A model generated the notes under the pieces. That model worked only from the letters and a program-made list of their open reading frames with translations. It made no database searches and was not told the DNA's origin. A DNA stretch of 64,000 bases, taken from positions 32,001 to 96,000 of IMG/VR virus record IMGVR_UViG_3300028800_000061; one strand, written 5' to 3'. How positions within the stretch are numbered: position 1 is the first letter of the stretch; the number at the start of each line of letters is the position of its first letter. The DNA is from a virus. Made by a program: the position numbers and the translations under genes. Shown piece by piece: positions 17,123-25,828 of this stretch.

Positions 17123-17314
17123 CAGGCACCTGGGAGCCTGGCTTCAAATGGCAGGAGCAAAGTGATAACGCGCCGAAAGGCTATGCCCACTCCGGTGGGC
17201 GGGTAGCGGTCGCCCAGGTGCCGTTGCACACCGAGAGGATCGCCTTGCTGACCGGGTATGTCTTGCTGCCGGGTGATTGTGACAGCCCGGCCGCGGCAGC
17301 GTTAGGCTCCCGGC

Positions 17315-17869
17315 ATGCTTCTCTCTGACCGGGACATCGCCGACGCGATCGCGGCCCGCGACCTGGTGGTAGACGGCGAGCTGGCCAGCGACTCATTCCA
17401 GCCTGCCAGCCTCGATCTGCACCTTGGCGCCGAGTTCCGGGTGTTCCTCAGTCACCGGGTCGCTTGCATCGACACTGCCGGCGGCCAGGGGGATCTCACT
17501 GAACCGGTAGTGATCTCCGACGGTGAGCCGTTTGTCCTGCACCCCGGCGAGTTCGCCCTCGGCTGCACTGTGGAGGCCATCACTCTCTCCGATGATCTGG
17601 CCGCCCGGCTCGAAGGCAAATCCAGTCTCGGCCGCCTCGGCCTGCAAGCGCACTCCACCGCCGGGTGGATTGACCCAGGGTTCAGCGGGCAGATCACCCT
17701 GGAGTTGTCCAATGTCGCCCCGGTACCGATCAAACTGTGGCCTGGCATGAAAATCGGCCAGCTGTGCTTGTTCCGCCTGGGCGCCCCGGCGTTGCGCCCG
17801 TACGGGCACCCGGGCCTCGGCTCCCGTTACCAGGGGCAGCGAGGCCCGGTGCCGTCCCGGGCTGGTTAG
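17315..17869 (+). CDS. dcd: dCTP deaminase
   Basis: [51 protein letters not shown]. Confidence 0.95.
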   Translation: MLLSDRDIADAIAARDLVVDGELASDSFQPASLDLHLGAEFRVFLSHRVACIDTAGGQGDLTEPVVISDGEPFVLHPGEFALGCTVEAITLSDDLAARLEGKSSLGRLGLQAHSTAGWIDPGFSGQITLELSNVAPVPIKLWPGMKIGQLCLFRLGAPALRPYGHPGLGSRYQGQRGPVPSRAG

Positions 17870-18216
17870 TGGCTGGAGTAGGAGCTGGTGGTCCGTCGCC
17901 ACCGTTCCGTCCACGCCCACTGGTCTAGCACCAGTTGGGTGAACGACTGGTCATCCATCTGCATGGTGTCCGTCACGGACCACCTGAGCATCTCGATCGC
18001 CGCGTCGTAGTCGGCGGTGTGGTTCTCCGGCTCGGGCAGGTCGGCGTGCCGGTCCGCCTTCTGGCCGGCCCGCAGTTCGGCGATCCGGTCCTGGTGCCAG
18101 CCGATCATCTGCTCCCGGTAGGCGACGATAGCCTCCTGGTAGGTGGCGAGGTGCGCGGCCCGGTTGGCTTCCAGCGCCTCGAGCAGCCTGGCGCGGTCAA
18201 CGGTTACTGGTCTCAT
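17866..18216 (-). CDS. phage hypothetical helical protein
   Basis: PEPENH..DYD.AIEML...LVLDQW.W; protein-like composition. Confidence 0.75.
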   Translation of the reverse strand: MRPVTVDRARLLEALEANRAAHLATYQEAIVAYREQMIGWHQDRIAELRAGQKADRHADLPEPENHTADYDAAIEMLRWSVTDTMQMDDQSFTQLVLDQWAWTERWRRTTSSYSSH

Positions 18217-18221
18217 TTCTT

Positions 18222-18295
18222 GCTCCCATAGCTCAGTGGATTAGAGCGCCGCCCTCCGGAGGCGGGTGCCGCAGGTTCGAGTCCTGCTGGGGGCG
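18222..18295 (+). tRNA. tRNA-Arg(CCG)
   Basis: cloverleaf; loop CT-CCG-GA. Confidence 0.95.
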
Positions 18296-18298
18296 CGC

Positions 18299-18727
18299 TT
18301 AACTGCTCAGCGGATCTGTGCGCGGTGCCGGCCACTCGGGGGCCGCTGTGAAATCGGCCGGGTCGACGCTGCCGAGCTCGCAGACGCGGGTGACCAGGTC
18401 GATGTACGCGGCGCTGGGATCGTCGCCGCGGCCGATCGGCCACCGTTCCTGGTTGGCCCGGTGCCAGAAATCCTGGCACTCGATGTCCGATGCGGCCCAG
18501 TCCGTCCAGGGCGTCTCGGTCAGCATGTGCGGGTCCACGGGGAACGCCAGCCAACTGCGACCCTCGTAGGTGCCGTTGTACCTGGCCTGCACAACAACCG
18601 CAGGCTCGGCTTCTGGCCGGTTACCGAAACCACCTGCGGTGATGTAAAGCTTCGCGGTCAGCATTATTTTTCCGCCGGGTGCACCGGGCCACTCAACGAA
18701 GATGCTTCGCTCATTCACACCGGGCAT
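18299..18727 (-). CDS. hypothetical protein
   Basis: RYNGTYEG..WLAF...GRGDDP; fits exactly between two tRNAs. Confidence 0.65.
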   Translation of the reverse strand: MPGVNERSIFVEWPGAPGGKIMLTAKLYITAGGFGNRPEAEPAVVVQARYNGTYEGRSWLAFPVDPHMLTETPWTDWAASDIECQDFWHRANQERWPIGRGDDPSAAYIDLVTRVCELGSVDPADFTAAPEWPAPRTDPLSS

Positions 18728-18743
18728 TGTTTCACGTATCGTT

Positions 18744-18816
18744 ACCCCCGTGGCCCAACGGATAAGGCGCCAGACTACGGATCTGGAGTGTGCCGGTTCA
18801 ACTCCGGCCGGGGGTA
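18744..18816 (+). tRNA. tRNA-Arg(ACG)
   Basis: cloverleaf; loop CT-ACG-GA. Confidence 0.94.
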
Positions 18817-18875
18817 CAAAGGCTTTCCGGTCTGAACGTCCCATTCCGCCGGCTGCACGGCTGGTGCAGATCAGC

Positions 18876-19034
18876 ATGCCTTACGCCACGTTCGCTGTGG
18901 CATTCGCCGATGGTGTGATTGTCGCTGCCGCGCCCATCGCCCAGTGGGCAGTAGGTAAAGATGTGAGCACTGTCAAGGACTACTACCAGCGGAAAGGTGC
19001 TGTGTTCGCGCACGTCCCAGGCACACCCGGTTAG
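18876..19034 (+). CDS. small phage hypothetical protein
   Basis: G.IV.AAPIA.W.VGK motif; start 18864 or 18876. Confidence 0.6.
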   Translation: MPYATFAVAFADGVIVAAAPIAQWAVGKDVSTVKDYYQRKGAVFAHVPGTPG

Positions 19035-19096
19035 CTCACCGGCAGAGCGCCTCGTTCACACCGAGGAGGCAGAGGGGTCGGCACCTTCACCGGGTA
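19025..19096 (+). tRNA. tRNA-Val(CAC), non-canonical T loop
   Basis: loop TT-CAC-AC; T loop GTCGGCA. Confidence 0.85.
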
Positions 19097-19130
19097 CAGG
19101 TCACCGTAAACTAGCCGGGTAACCGGCCTT

Positions 19131-19209
19131 GGTGGGTGTAGCTCAGTCAGGCCAGAGCGCCCGGTTGTGATCCGGGTACGCATCGGTTCGAATCCGGTCA
19201 CCCACCCCA
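19131..19209 (+). tRNA. tRNA-His(GTG) with G-1 and CCA
   Basis: G-1:C73; loop TT-GTG-AT. Confidence 0.95.
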
Positions 19210-19266
19210 AAAGAGCCCTGCTGTGCGGGGCGGAGTGACAATGCGGGAAGGCTGGACCGGGCAAGC

Positions 19267-19716
19267 ATGGGCAAGGGCCAGGGTGCGGGCAACCCAACCG
19301 GCAAAGGACGCGCACCTAGGAAGCCCGTAGCGCGCACGGACAGGAAACGCTGGTGCAAAGACCAGCATGGTGTCAAGCATGTCCCCCATCTCGTTTTCAG
19401 GCCCCGGGGCGTGGCATACACGGAGTGCCGGCTAGCACGCGATTTTGAGGTATGGTGCCGGGATGGCTGGGTGTGCATGCACAGAGACGAGTGCGCCCGA
19501 TGCGGCCAGGTGCTCCGGCCCCGGCTCGGCGGCATTCCCCGCGAGGAATGCCCGACCTTTCAGCAAGCGATGAAAGACGAAACCCGTGAGATCCTCGCCG
19601 ACCCGCTCGTGCTGATCCGCATCCGCCAGGCGCAAGCTGTGGTGGCGGCCGGGAACATTACCCGCAGCGTGCAAGCAGTCCGGTCACTTCTGCGTGTCCC
19701 CGGGAACCGCACATGA
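19267..19716 (+). CDS. Cys/His zinc-binding hypothetical protein
   Basis: RWC..H...W.C.H...CxxCG..LR...EC as in 10504-10992. Confidence 0.7.
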   Translation: MGKGQGAGNPTGKGRAPRKPVARTDRKRWCKDQHGVKHVPHLVFRPRGVAYTECRLARDFEVWCRDGWVCMHRDECARCGQVLRPRLGGIPREECPTFQQAMKDETREILADPLVLIRIRQAQAVVAAGNITRSVQAVRSLLRVPGNRT

Positions 19717-20114
19717 CCACCTGGCAACCCGGTGACATCTACGAGGATTGCGCGTTCCACCCGGTGCTCTGCTACCTGGTTATCCGCCGCCGCCGCGAGG
19801 GCAGCCCGTGGTGGCGGCTCCTGCTCGCCGACGACTGGGATCTGTGCGGGATATCGCTGCTCGACGGCTCCCGGCCGCGCACATGCTCAGTGAAACACTG
19901 CGCACCGCAGCGGATCACCCTCGACCAGGCGCTGAGCATGCGCGGCACATGGGAGCAAGGCCACCGGCGCCCAGAAGATCACGCGTCAGCGGAGGCTGAG
20001 CTGGATGCGATGCTCACCAGCATGCGCACAATCGATGCGCTGCCGGATGCCACCGGTAAACGGGTCGTGGCGTGGCTCATGTCCCGGTTCAGGGTCAGCT
20101 GCGGCTGTGATTGA
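19713..20114 (+). CDS. hypothetical protein
   Basis: ATGA overlap; PGDIYEDC.FHPVLC...GISLLDGS..R.CS..HC. Confidence 0.7.
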   Translation: MTTWQPGDIYEDCAFHPVLCYLVIRRRREGSPWWRLLLADDWDLCGISLLDGSRPRTCSVKHCAPQRITLDQALSMRGTWEQGHRRPEDHASAEAELDAMLTSMRTIDALPDATGKRVVAWLMSRFRVSCGCD

Positions 20115-20123
20115 TTTGAGCTT

Positions 20124-20205
20124 GGCAGGTTGCCCGAGCGGCCAAAGGGAACGGTCTGTAAAACCGTCGTGTAATGCTGCGCTGGTTCGAATCCAGCACC
20201 TGCCA
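20124..20205 (+). tRNA. tRNA-Tyr(GTA)
   Basis: long variable arm; loop CT-GTA-AA. Confidence 0.94.
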
Positions 20206-20207
20206 CG

Positions 20208-21092
20208 ATGAAACCCACCCGCATCCCCTCCGGGCATGTCCCTCAGGTGTGCTGGCGCCTGCGAGGCCGCTGGCTCGTGGCCTACCTCGACATCAACACC
20301 CGGGCCCGGTGGAAAGTGCTCCGCGGGTTCAGCGCGTGCCTCCGGTTTGGCCCGCTTGACCCGCCAGACCCTGATGACCCGTACTGCTACCGGTCACCGT
20401 GCTGGGGGTTCACCCTCGATGTCCAGTCAGCCGATGACGCACCGAACAGGCTGCACCTGATGGGCCGCCGGTACATGGCCATCATCGGCCTGCCGGGCCG
20501 GGAGCGGGTGTTCACGGAGACCGGCCGGCTGGGCCTGGCGGTCATCGGCGAGTGGAAGCGCGGCCGGCTGCGGATCATGCGGTCACAGGCGTGGGACTGG
20601 CGGGCCGATGAGTGGGCGGGCCGGTGGAAGGTGCTCGCCGTCCACCCGGCCGACCACCGGGAACGGTGGGAGCGCGCCCACCCAGCGCAGGCGGCGCAGA
20701 ATGCGGCCCGGCTCCGCCGCAGGCACATGTGGGCGGTCTTCAGCGCGGACGCCCTCCCGGACCGCTGGTACGTGTGCCCGGGGCACATAGACCACGCGCG
20801 GGCCCGGCGGGTCACATGCACGGCCTGCGGCCCGCTGAAGGCAGCGGAGGTGTTCGATCCGGGCCGGTGGTGGCTCACCCCCTGGACTCACGCGCAGATC
20901 GCAGTACTTGGCGCCGGGCAGAACAACCCAGCCGGCCGGCCGTACTTCCCGTACTTGTGCCGCGGCGGACTGCACGACGAGCGGGAGGAACCTGGCCCCC
21001 TGCTGATCCCGCACCTGAGCGGCTGGCGATGCCCGGACAGTGCGTGCCCGTACACGCAAAACTGGGCGCACGCTACCGCAGTCCCGGGCTAG
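20208..21092 (+). CDS. hypothetical protein
   Basis: 294-aa Trp/Cys-rich ORF filling the gap between two tRNAs. Confidence 0.65.
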   Translation: MKPTRIPSGHVPQVCWRLRGRWLVAYLDINTRARWKVLRGFSACLRFGPLDPPDPDDPYCYRSPCWGFTLDVQSADDAPNRLHLMGRRYMAIIGLPGRERVFTETGRLGLAVIGEWKRGRLRIMRSQAWDWRADEWAGRWKVLAVHPADHRERWERAHPAQAAQNAARLRRRHMWAVFSADALPDRWYVCPGHIDHARARRVTCTACGPLKAAEVFDPGRWWLTPWTHAQIAVLGAGQNNPAGRPYFPYLCRGGLHDEREEPGPLLIPHLSGWRCPDSACPYTQNWAHATAVPG

Positions 21093-21158
21093 TAGCTCAG
21101 CGGATAGAGCGCCTGCCTCCTAAGCAGGATGCCGCCAGTTCGATTCTGGCCTAGCCCA
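21086..21158 (+). tRNA. tRNA-Arg(CCT)
   Basis: cloverleaf; loop CT-CCT-AA. Confidence 0.94.
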
Positions 21159-21162
21159 CGAT

Positions 21163-21237
21163 GGCCGTGTGACCGAGTGGCACAGGTAGCAGCCTGCAAA
21201 GCTGCGCACCCCGGTTCGAATCCGGGCACGGCTTCCA
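21163..21237 (+). tRNA. tRNA-Cys(GCA), encoded CCA
   Basis: cloverleaf; loop CT-GCA-AA; U73. Confidence 0.95.
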
Positions 21238-21259
21238 CGTTTCCGCTGTGCTGAGTTCC

Positions 21260-21598
21260 CTACCCGGCGATGGGGGCGGGCTGCCGCCGCGGCGGCCGCG
21301 GCCGCCCGGGAGCGCCGCGGCCAGGCGCTGCAGCTCTGTGCACGACGATCGTCCGGTACCGCCACACCTTAGAGTTGCCAAACCTGTCGTCCTGCTCTGG
21401 CCACTCCGGGCTGCCGTCGCTGAGTGTCCGCTGGGACATCCGGTAGATCGACCCCGGCTTGAGACCGGTCCACTCGGCGAGCCTGGTGGCATCGGCCAGC
21501 TCGTCAATGATCGGCTCACACTGATCGAGCACCCCCGGCCCGTGTTCCCGGACCAGGGACACAAGGGTGTGGAAATCCGGCAGTCCGGTTACTGTCAC
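21260..21598 (-). CDS. AlpA/excisionase-like HTH protein
   Basis: LAEWTGLKPGSIY...WP..D..FG....W; PGRG tail; GGAGG RBS. Confidence 0.65.
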   Translation of the reverse strand: MTVTGLPDFHTLVSLVREHGPGVLDQCEPIIDELADATRLAEWTGLKPGSIYRMSQRTLSDGSPEWPEQDDRFGNSKVWRYRTIVVHRAAAPGRGAPGRPRPPRRQPAPIAG

Positions 21599-21936
21599 TG
21601 GGTTACCTCCTGCCGTCGTCCACGTTTCGGTTTCGGGCCGCCGCCAGCACCCGGGCCGGGCCGCACGTACCGGTGCCAGTACAGGACGCGGGCCCGCGCC
21701 CACCGGGGGACAGTCCCGACCCGCTGCTCTGGATCATCCGGCGGGAAGGCCAGCGGGGTGCCGTGAGTGCTCCGGTACCGGTAGACGTTGATCGTGTTCC
21801 TCGACAAACCGAGAAACACGGCGATGTCTATCAGTTGCATCCATTGTGGCAGGCCGAGCTCAGCGGCCTCGTCGTCCAGCTGTGCGGCGATATCCTCCCA
21901 TGCGGGGATCACGCCGTTTGCTGTGTGACCGGCCAA
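21595..21936 (-). CDS. AlpA/excisionase-like HTH protein
   Basis: IAVFLGLSRNTI..Y...FP...VG..PRW; RPG tail; AGGAGG RBS. Confidence 0.65.
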   Translation of the reverse strand: MAGHTANGVIPAWEDIAAQLDDEAAELGLPQWMQLIDIAVFLGLSRNTINVYRYRSTHGTPLAFPPDDPEQRVGTVPRWARARVLYWHRYVRPGPGAGGGPKPKRGRRQEVTQ

Positions 21937-22234
21937 CCCGGTGACCTCCTGTTGCTGCCGCCGATTTGATCGCACACCCCAACAGTACCACAACCATGTA
22001 TGGTTGCATGATACAAGGTTGCGCGGTATCTTCGTATTACCAAACGTAACAGGGGTACAAGGGCAGGTGGAAGGGTATTGATGGCAGTGAGAATGTCAGG
22101 GCTGCGCGTTACCATCAGCGGAAGGTCAGCATGGTGGAGCATCCCTGTGGTCGGCCGGGGCATGATCGGCTGCCGGTTTGGCTGGCTGCGCATCGGCGCG
22201 TTGACCGGCCAGAACCGGGGGAGACGTGCCGGAG

Positions 22235-22558
22235 CTAAGCGGTCAACTGCAGGTCGCGGTCGCGCTGCATCTCGCGCTGGCACTCGGCGGCGGTGAGCAA
22301 CCGGTCAACGTACACGTACCAGGCGAACCCGCCGCCGGCGATCTTGCGGTTCTCCATCCGTACCCTGTGGGTGCGCTTGTACCCTTTGGCGTTGATGGCC
22401 GCCTGCGCCCCGTCATACAAGTCGAGCGCTTTTGCGTGCTCGACCTCACTGCCAACGAACCTGACACGAGGCCCGTTCAGGGCCTTTTCTGACTTACCGC
22501 CGAGAGCGACAACGGCCTGCTCACGGCTGATAGCGGCATGATCTTGGCTCATGATCAT
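22235..22558 (-). CDS. hypothetical protein
   Basis: protein-like composition; start approximate. Confidence 0.55.
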   Translation of the reverse strand: MIMSQDHAAISREQAVVALGGKSEKALNGPRVRFVGSEVEHAKALDLYDGAQAAINAKGYKRTHRVRMENRKIAGGGFAWYVYVDRLLTAAECQREMQRDRDLQLTA

Positions 22559-22838
22559 AGAGTGCCACGAACTGCGCTTATCACCTAACGGAACTGCGTG
22601 ATTGCAAGATCCCGCAGCCGTATCACTCGCTGGCACCAGGGCCGCACCACGGCCGGTGAGCAGCAGAGATTTCCCCGCGAACTTTCACCAGGACACGTGC
22701 GAACCGCGCACCAGGCATGCCATGATTGCGTCCGGGCCGGCCGGGAGAACGATCAAACCGGCCCTGTCACACACCGCCGGGGGGAACCCTCGGGCCTCCG
22801 CGCCCAAGGGCAGATGAGGCGGAAGGACACCAGGCCCA

Positions 22839-23126
22839 ATGACCATCATGCTCGACCGGCCAGCCGGCACCACACCAGCGGCAACCATCACCGGCACGAT
22901 CACCGTCCTGCACCAGGCCGGCATCGCACCATTCACATGGGACAAGAGCGACCCGACATCTGTCGCCGCGGCCGCCGCGCGGGTGAAAGAACTGATCCAC
23001 AGCGGCCACCTTGTGTACCAGGCTGACGGCGCGGCCGCCGATAGCGGCGGCACCCAAATCCGGGACCTCGCCGAGTGCCCGGACGCGGAGAACCTCATCG
23101 CAGTCAGGGCGAACGTGGCCGGCTGA
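22839..23126 (+). CDS. small protein ending in C-terminal Gly
   Basis: AAGGA RBS; WD..DP..V.AA...G..IR...P.AE.LI......G. Confidence 0.7.
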   Translation: MTIMLDRPAGTTPAATITGTITVLHQAGIAPFTWDKSDPTSVAAAAARVKELIHSGHLVYQADGAAADSGGTQIRDLAECPDAENLIAVRANVAG

Positions 23127-23128
23127 TC

Positions 23129-23794
23129 ATGCCGACTGCTGAAGACCCAGGTGCGCCCGCTGACCAGCACACAGCGGGCGCACCTGGTCCACTGCCGCCC
23201 TTGCGCCTCACCCTGTTCACCAACGCTGTCCGTCACAGCACATGGCCGGCGCGCACGATGCCGAACCTCGATCTCATCACCCGCACCCTGCTCGAAGGCC
23301 GCGACCCTCGCACCGGCCACCCGATCGCCGCCGAAACTGTCCAAGCCGAACTGGACCAGCGCATCCGTGCCCGCGAAGAGATCGCCGTGGCCCGGGCGCG
23401 AGCTGCCCGGACCCGCGAGCAGTCGCTGCGCATCTCACTCACGGACGCATGGGATGCGCAAGAGAAGGTCTTCCTGAGCATCCTCACCCCAGAGCAGACC
23501 GCAACGTACCGCGAGCACCACTACGTTGATGTGATCAGCAACCGCAGCAACCGGTGGCGGATCTTCACCCGCGGCCAAACCGGCAACGTGGCCATGCTCG
23601 ATCCGGACGGCCGCCACCTGCTGGCCAGCGCCTGCGCGCACCCACCAGGCGGCCACCCGGATCCGGCCGCCTGGGTGGCACAGGCACTGATGCTCAAAAC
23701 GGACGAGGAACTGTTCGTTGACTCAGCGAATGTCAGCTGGTGGCAACCAGGCACAGGCCCGCGAATAGCACCAGACGGTCACCACGGCTGGTGA
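23129..23794 (+). CDS. hypothetical protein (CAHP motif) coupled to upstream gene
   Basis: LTPEQ..Y...R.RI..G..GNV...CAHP...AQAL.L.TDE..F...AN. Confidence 0.7.
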   Translation: MPTAEDPGAPADQHTAGAPGPLPPLRLTLFTNAVRHSTWPARTMPNLDLITRTLLEGRDPRTGHPIAAETVQAELDQRIRAREEIAVARARAARTREQSLRISLTDAWDAQEKVFLSILTPEQTATYREHHYVDVISNRSNRWRIFTRGQTGNVAMLDPDGRHLLASACAHPPGGHPDPAAWVAQALMLKTDEELFVDSANVSWWQPGTGPRIAPDGHHGW

Positions 23795-23923
23795 CCGCCC
23801 GAGAAGTACTTGTGCTGGTGATCTACCGTGTACCCGACCGGTTGATTTCCTCCATCGCAGCGATGGACAGCCCTGTATGCACCAGCATCGGAGTGACCTC
23901 CACCAACTCGACTTTCGAATCAG

Positions 23924-24376
23924 TCATTCAGAGCCACTCTCACACGCGACCACGTTGTGATCACGGTACGCCTGCGCGTCAACTTCCCAGCCCTCATACG
24001 GTTCCCCGAACCTGGCAGCCGATGCGCAGATCCAGATGTCCTGCAACGAACGCAGCACATCACTGGGCAGAGTGTGCCGGGCGGCGAAAAGCACGGCGAC
24101 CGCCTCGTATACGGTTGGTCTAGCCTGCCCAGACACCTGCTTACTGCCAGGCGGCACGACCTGAGTTCCATCGGTACGGCTCTCAGTCCCTAGCAGACGG
24201 TAGAACGGGACAGTCATGTACTCGTCGTGCACAGAGCAGTAAGGTGGCGCCGCCTCATCCCACTCCCCGGCAGGCATCGGATCGCGAGAACACTCAGGCA
24301 GGCAACTCTCATATCGCGGGCAGACAAAGGAAACCAGATAACCGGGAGGGGGAGTAACCTCGGGCCGCGGTATCAA
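23924..24376 (-). CDS. hypothetical protein
   Basis: overlaps upstream stop. Confidence 0.5.
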   Translation of the reverse strand: MIPRPEVTPPPGYLVSFVCPRYESCLPECSRDPMPAGEWDEAAPPYCSVHDEYMTVPFYRLLGTESRTDGTQVVPPGSKQVSGQARPTVYEAVAVLFAARHTLPSDVLRSLQDIWICASAARFGEPYEGWEVDAQAYRDHNVVACESGSE

Positions 24377-24606
24377 CTGTCCTCACTGTCAGCGATCACG
24401 TCGAGCAGGTGGGCGACCCGGCTGACCATATCCCGGTCGGCCCCATCAAAACGTTCAGGCCAGCGGGTCAGCGCGTCACGCAACTGGTCGGCGAGCTCGC
24501 CGGGGTCGAGTGCCGGGTAGTTGCCGCCGCCGATGCCTGCCGCGGCGAACACGGCAGCGACTGCATCTCTCGGATATGGGCCTTTTCTCCGTGGGGTGCC
24601 TGCCAT
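24373..24606 (-). CDS. hypothetical protein
   Basis: AAGGA RBS. Confidence 0.6.
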   Translation of the reverse strand: MAGTPRRKGPYPRDAVAAVFAAAGIGGGNYPALDPGELADQLRDALTRWPERFDGADRDMVSRVAHLLDVIADSEDS

Positions 24607-24792
24607 GAGGATTCCTTCCTGGGGGAGCGGCTCACCTGCGTACCGGCCGGTGGCCCGGGGCATGCTCGCGTGGCCGGTGCGGGTGCCGCCCATGACCGCA
24701 CGACGCGGAGTGGTCACCCGGTTCGGCTTACGCATCACCATGAAACCCAGTATAGCCCAACTGTACGAAGAAACACCCGTGCAGTTCGCAGA

Positions 24793-25077
24793 TCATGGCC
24801 ACATTTTTCGGCACCCGTTCCGGTGGCACCGCAGCACCACATCCACCCGGTCGGCCGGGCGGGCCAGCTCCAGGATCAGCATTGGAACACCGCACTGGCC
24901 GCCACCATCATCATGGATGATGTGGTACCGGCCGCCCCGGCCCGGATGATCGAACCAAGATGCGTCCCGCGGTGCCGCCTGCCCGGCGCGAGGCTCCGTG
25001 CCGGACCCGAGATCCCAGCCGCGTATCCGGCGCCCAGCAGCGGTCATTCCGCACGCCGGCCCGCTGATCCATGCCAC
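24793..25077 (-). CDS. hypothetical protein
   Basis: follows RNase H in minus-strand operon. Confidence 0.4.
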   Translation of the reverse strand: MAWISGPACGMTAAGRRIRGWDLGSGTEPRAGQAAPRDASWFDHPGRGGRYHIIHDDGGGQCGVPMLILELARPADRVDVVLRCHRNGCRKMWP

Positions 25078-25661
25078 ACAGAAAGAAAGGCTTCAACAAG
25101 TCCTGACGCCCGCGCGCACGCTTCACCAGCGGGGACTCTGCGTCTGGCGATCGACGCTAGAGAATCAGCTGCCTCGTTCAACGGGTGACCGGCATGCCCG
25201 GGAACATGCTCTACCGCGAGAATGCGATGCCATCCATTCATTAGCAAGGCCAGCCGGACCAGCGTTGGCGCCTGGCCACCGCTACGCTGCCGCAGGCTGT
25301 ATCCCTCAGGCATCCTGTCGGTATCTCCCCGCTGCCAGGACCGCAGGTACTCAACCGCAGCTTTGCTGTCCACCAGCAGGATCGCCGGGTCTGGCCCGCT
25401 GGAATCCTCGAACAGGAGCGCGACCGCGCGGAGTTCCGCGACTAGTACAACAGACGAGCCGGTCGGGTCGATGTACCCGCCAGGGCTGACCCAGCTGCGG
25501 AGCCCCCACCGGCCATCGGATACGACATAGGCGATCCCAGCGGTTCCACGCTTGAACGATGCATCGGTGGCTGCCGCTACCGGATCTTTGCCGATGAAGC
25601 CGGGAACTGCGCCACGTCTCGCTGAGGCAGTCATAGTCCACTGCCATGCGGAGCGCACCAC
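25044..25661 (-). CDS. RNase HI-family protein
   Basis: TDAS, AELRA, VDS, VPGHAGHPLNEAADSLA (D-E-D-D). Confidence 0.85.
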   Translation of the reverse strand: MVRSAWQWTMTASARRGAVPGFIGKDPVAAATDASFKRGTAGIAYVVSDGRWGLRSWVSPGGYIDPTGSSVVLVAELRAVALLFEDSSGPDPAILLVDSKAAVEYLRSWQRGDTDRMPEGYSLRQRSGGQAPTLVRLALLMNGWHRILAVEHVPGHAGHPLNEAADSLASIARRRVPAGEACARASGLVEAFLSVWHGSAGRRAE

Positions 25662-25828
25662 CGGCCGGTGTCACGGAAACCACGGAGCCACGCCTGGGCG
25701 GTGCGCACGTCGAGCACAGCCGGTTCTTCTCCGCTGCCCAGGACTGTGGTCATGTCCGTGATCAGGTCGTCGATCTCGACGAGCAGCTTCTCTATGACCG
25801 TCCGCTCCTGATCACTGAAGGGAGTCAC
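25631..25828 (-). CDS. small hypothetical protein
   Basis: GTGA overlap. Confidence 0.5.
   Translation of the reverse strand: MTPFSDQERTVIEKLLVEIDDLITDMTTVLGSGEEPAVLDVRTAQAWLRGFRDTGRWCAPHGSGL

Noticed and set aside
16783-17311. HDV-like (theta) ribozymes after tRNAs
   Set aside because: Crossed helices exist, but I could not place P3/L3, P1.1 or the catalytic C.
6970-21237. tmRNA or GOLLD-size ncRNA in the array
   Set aside because: No tmRNA ends or tag frame recognised, and no unexplained gap long enough; needs cmscan to exclude.
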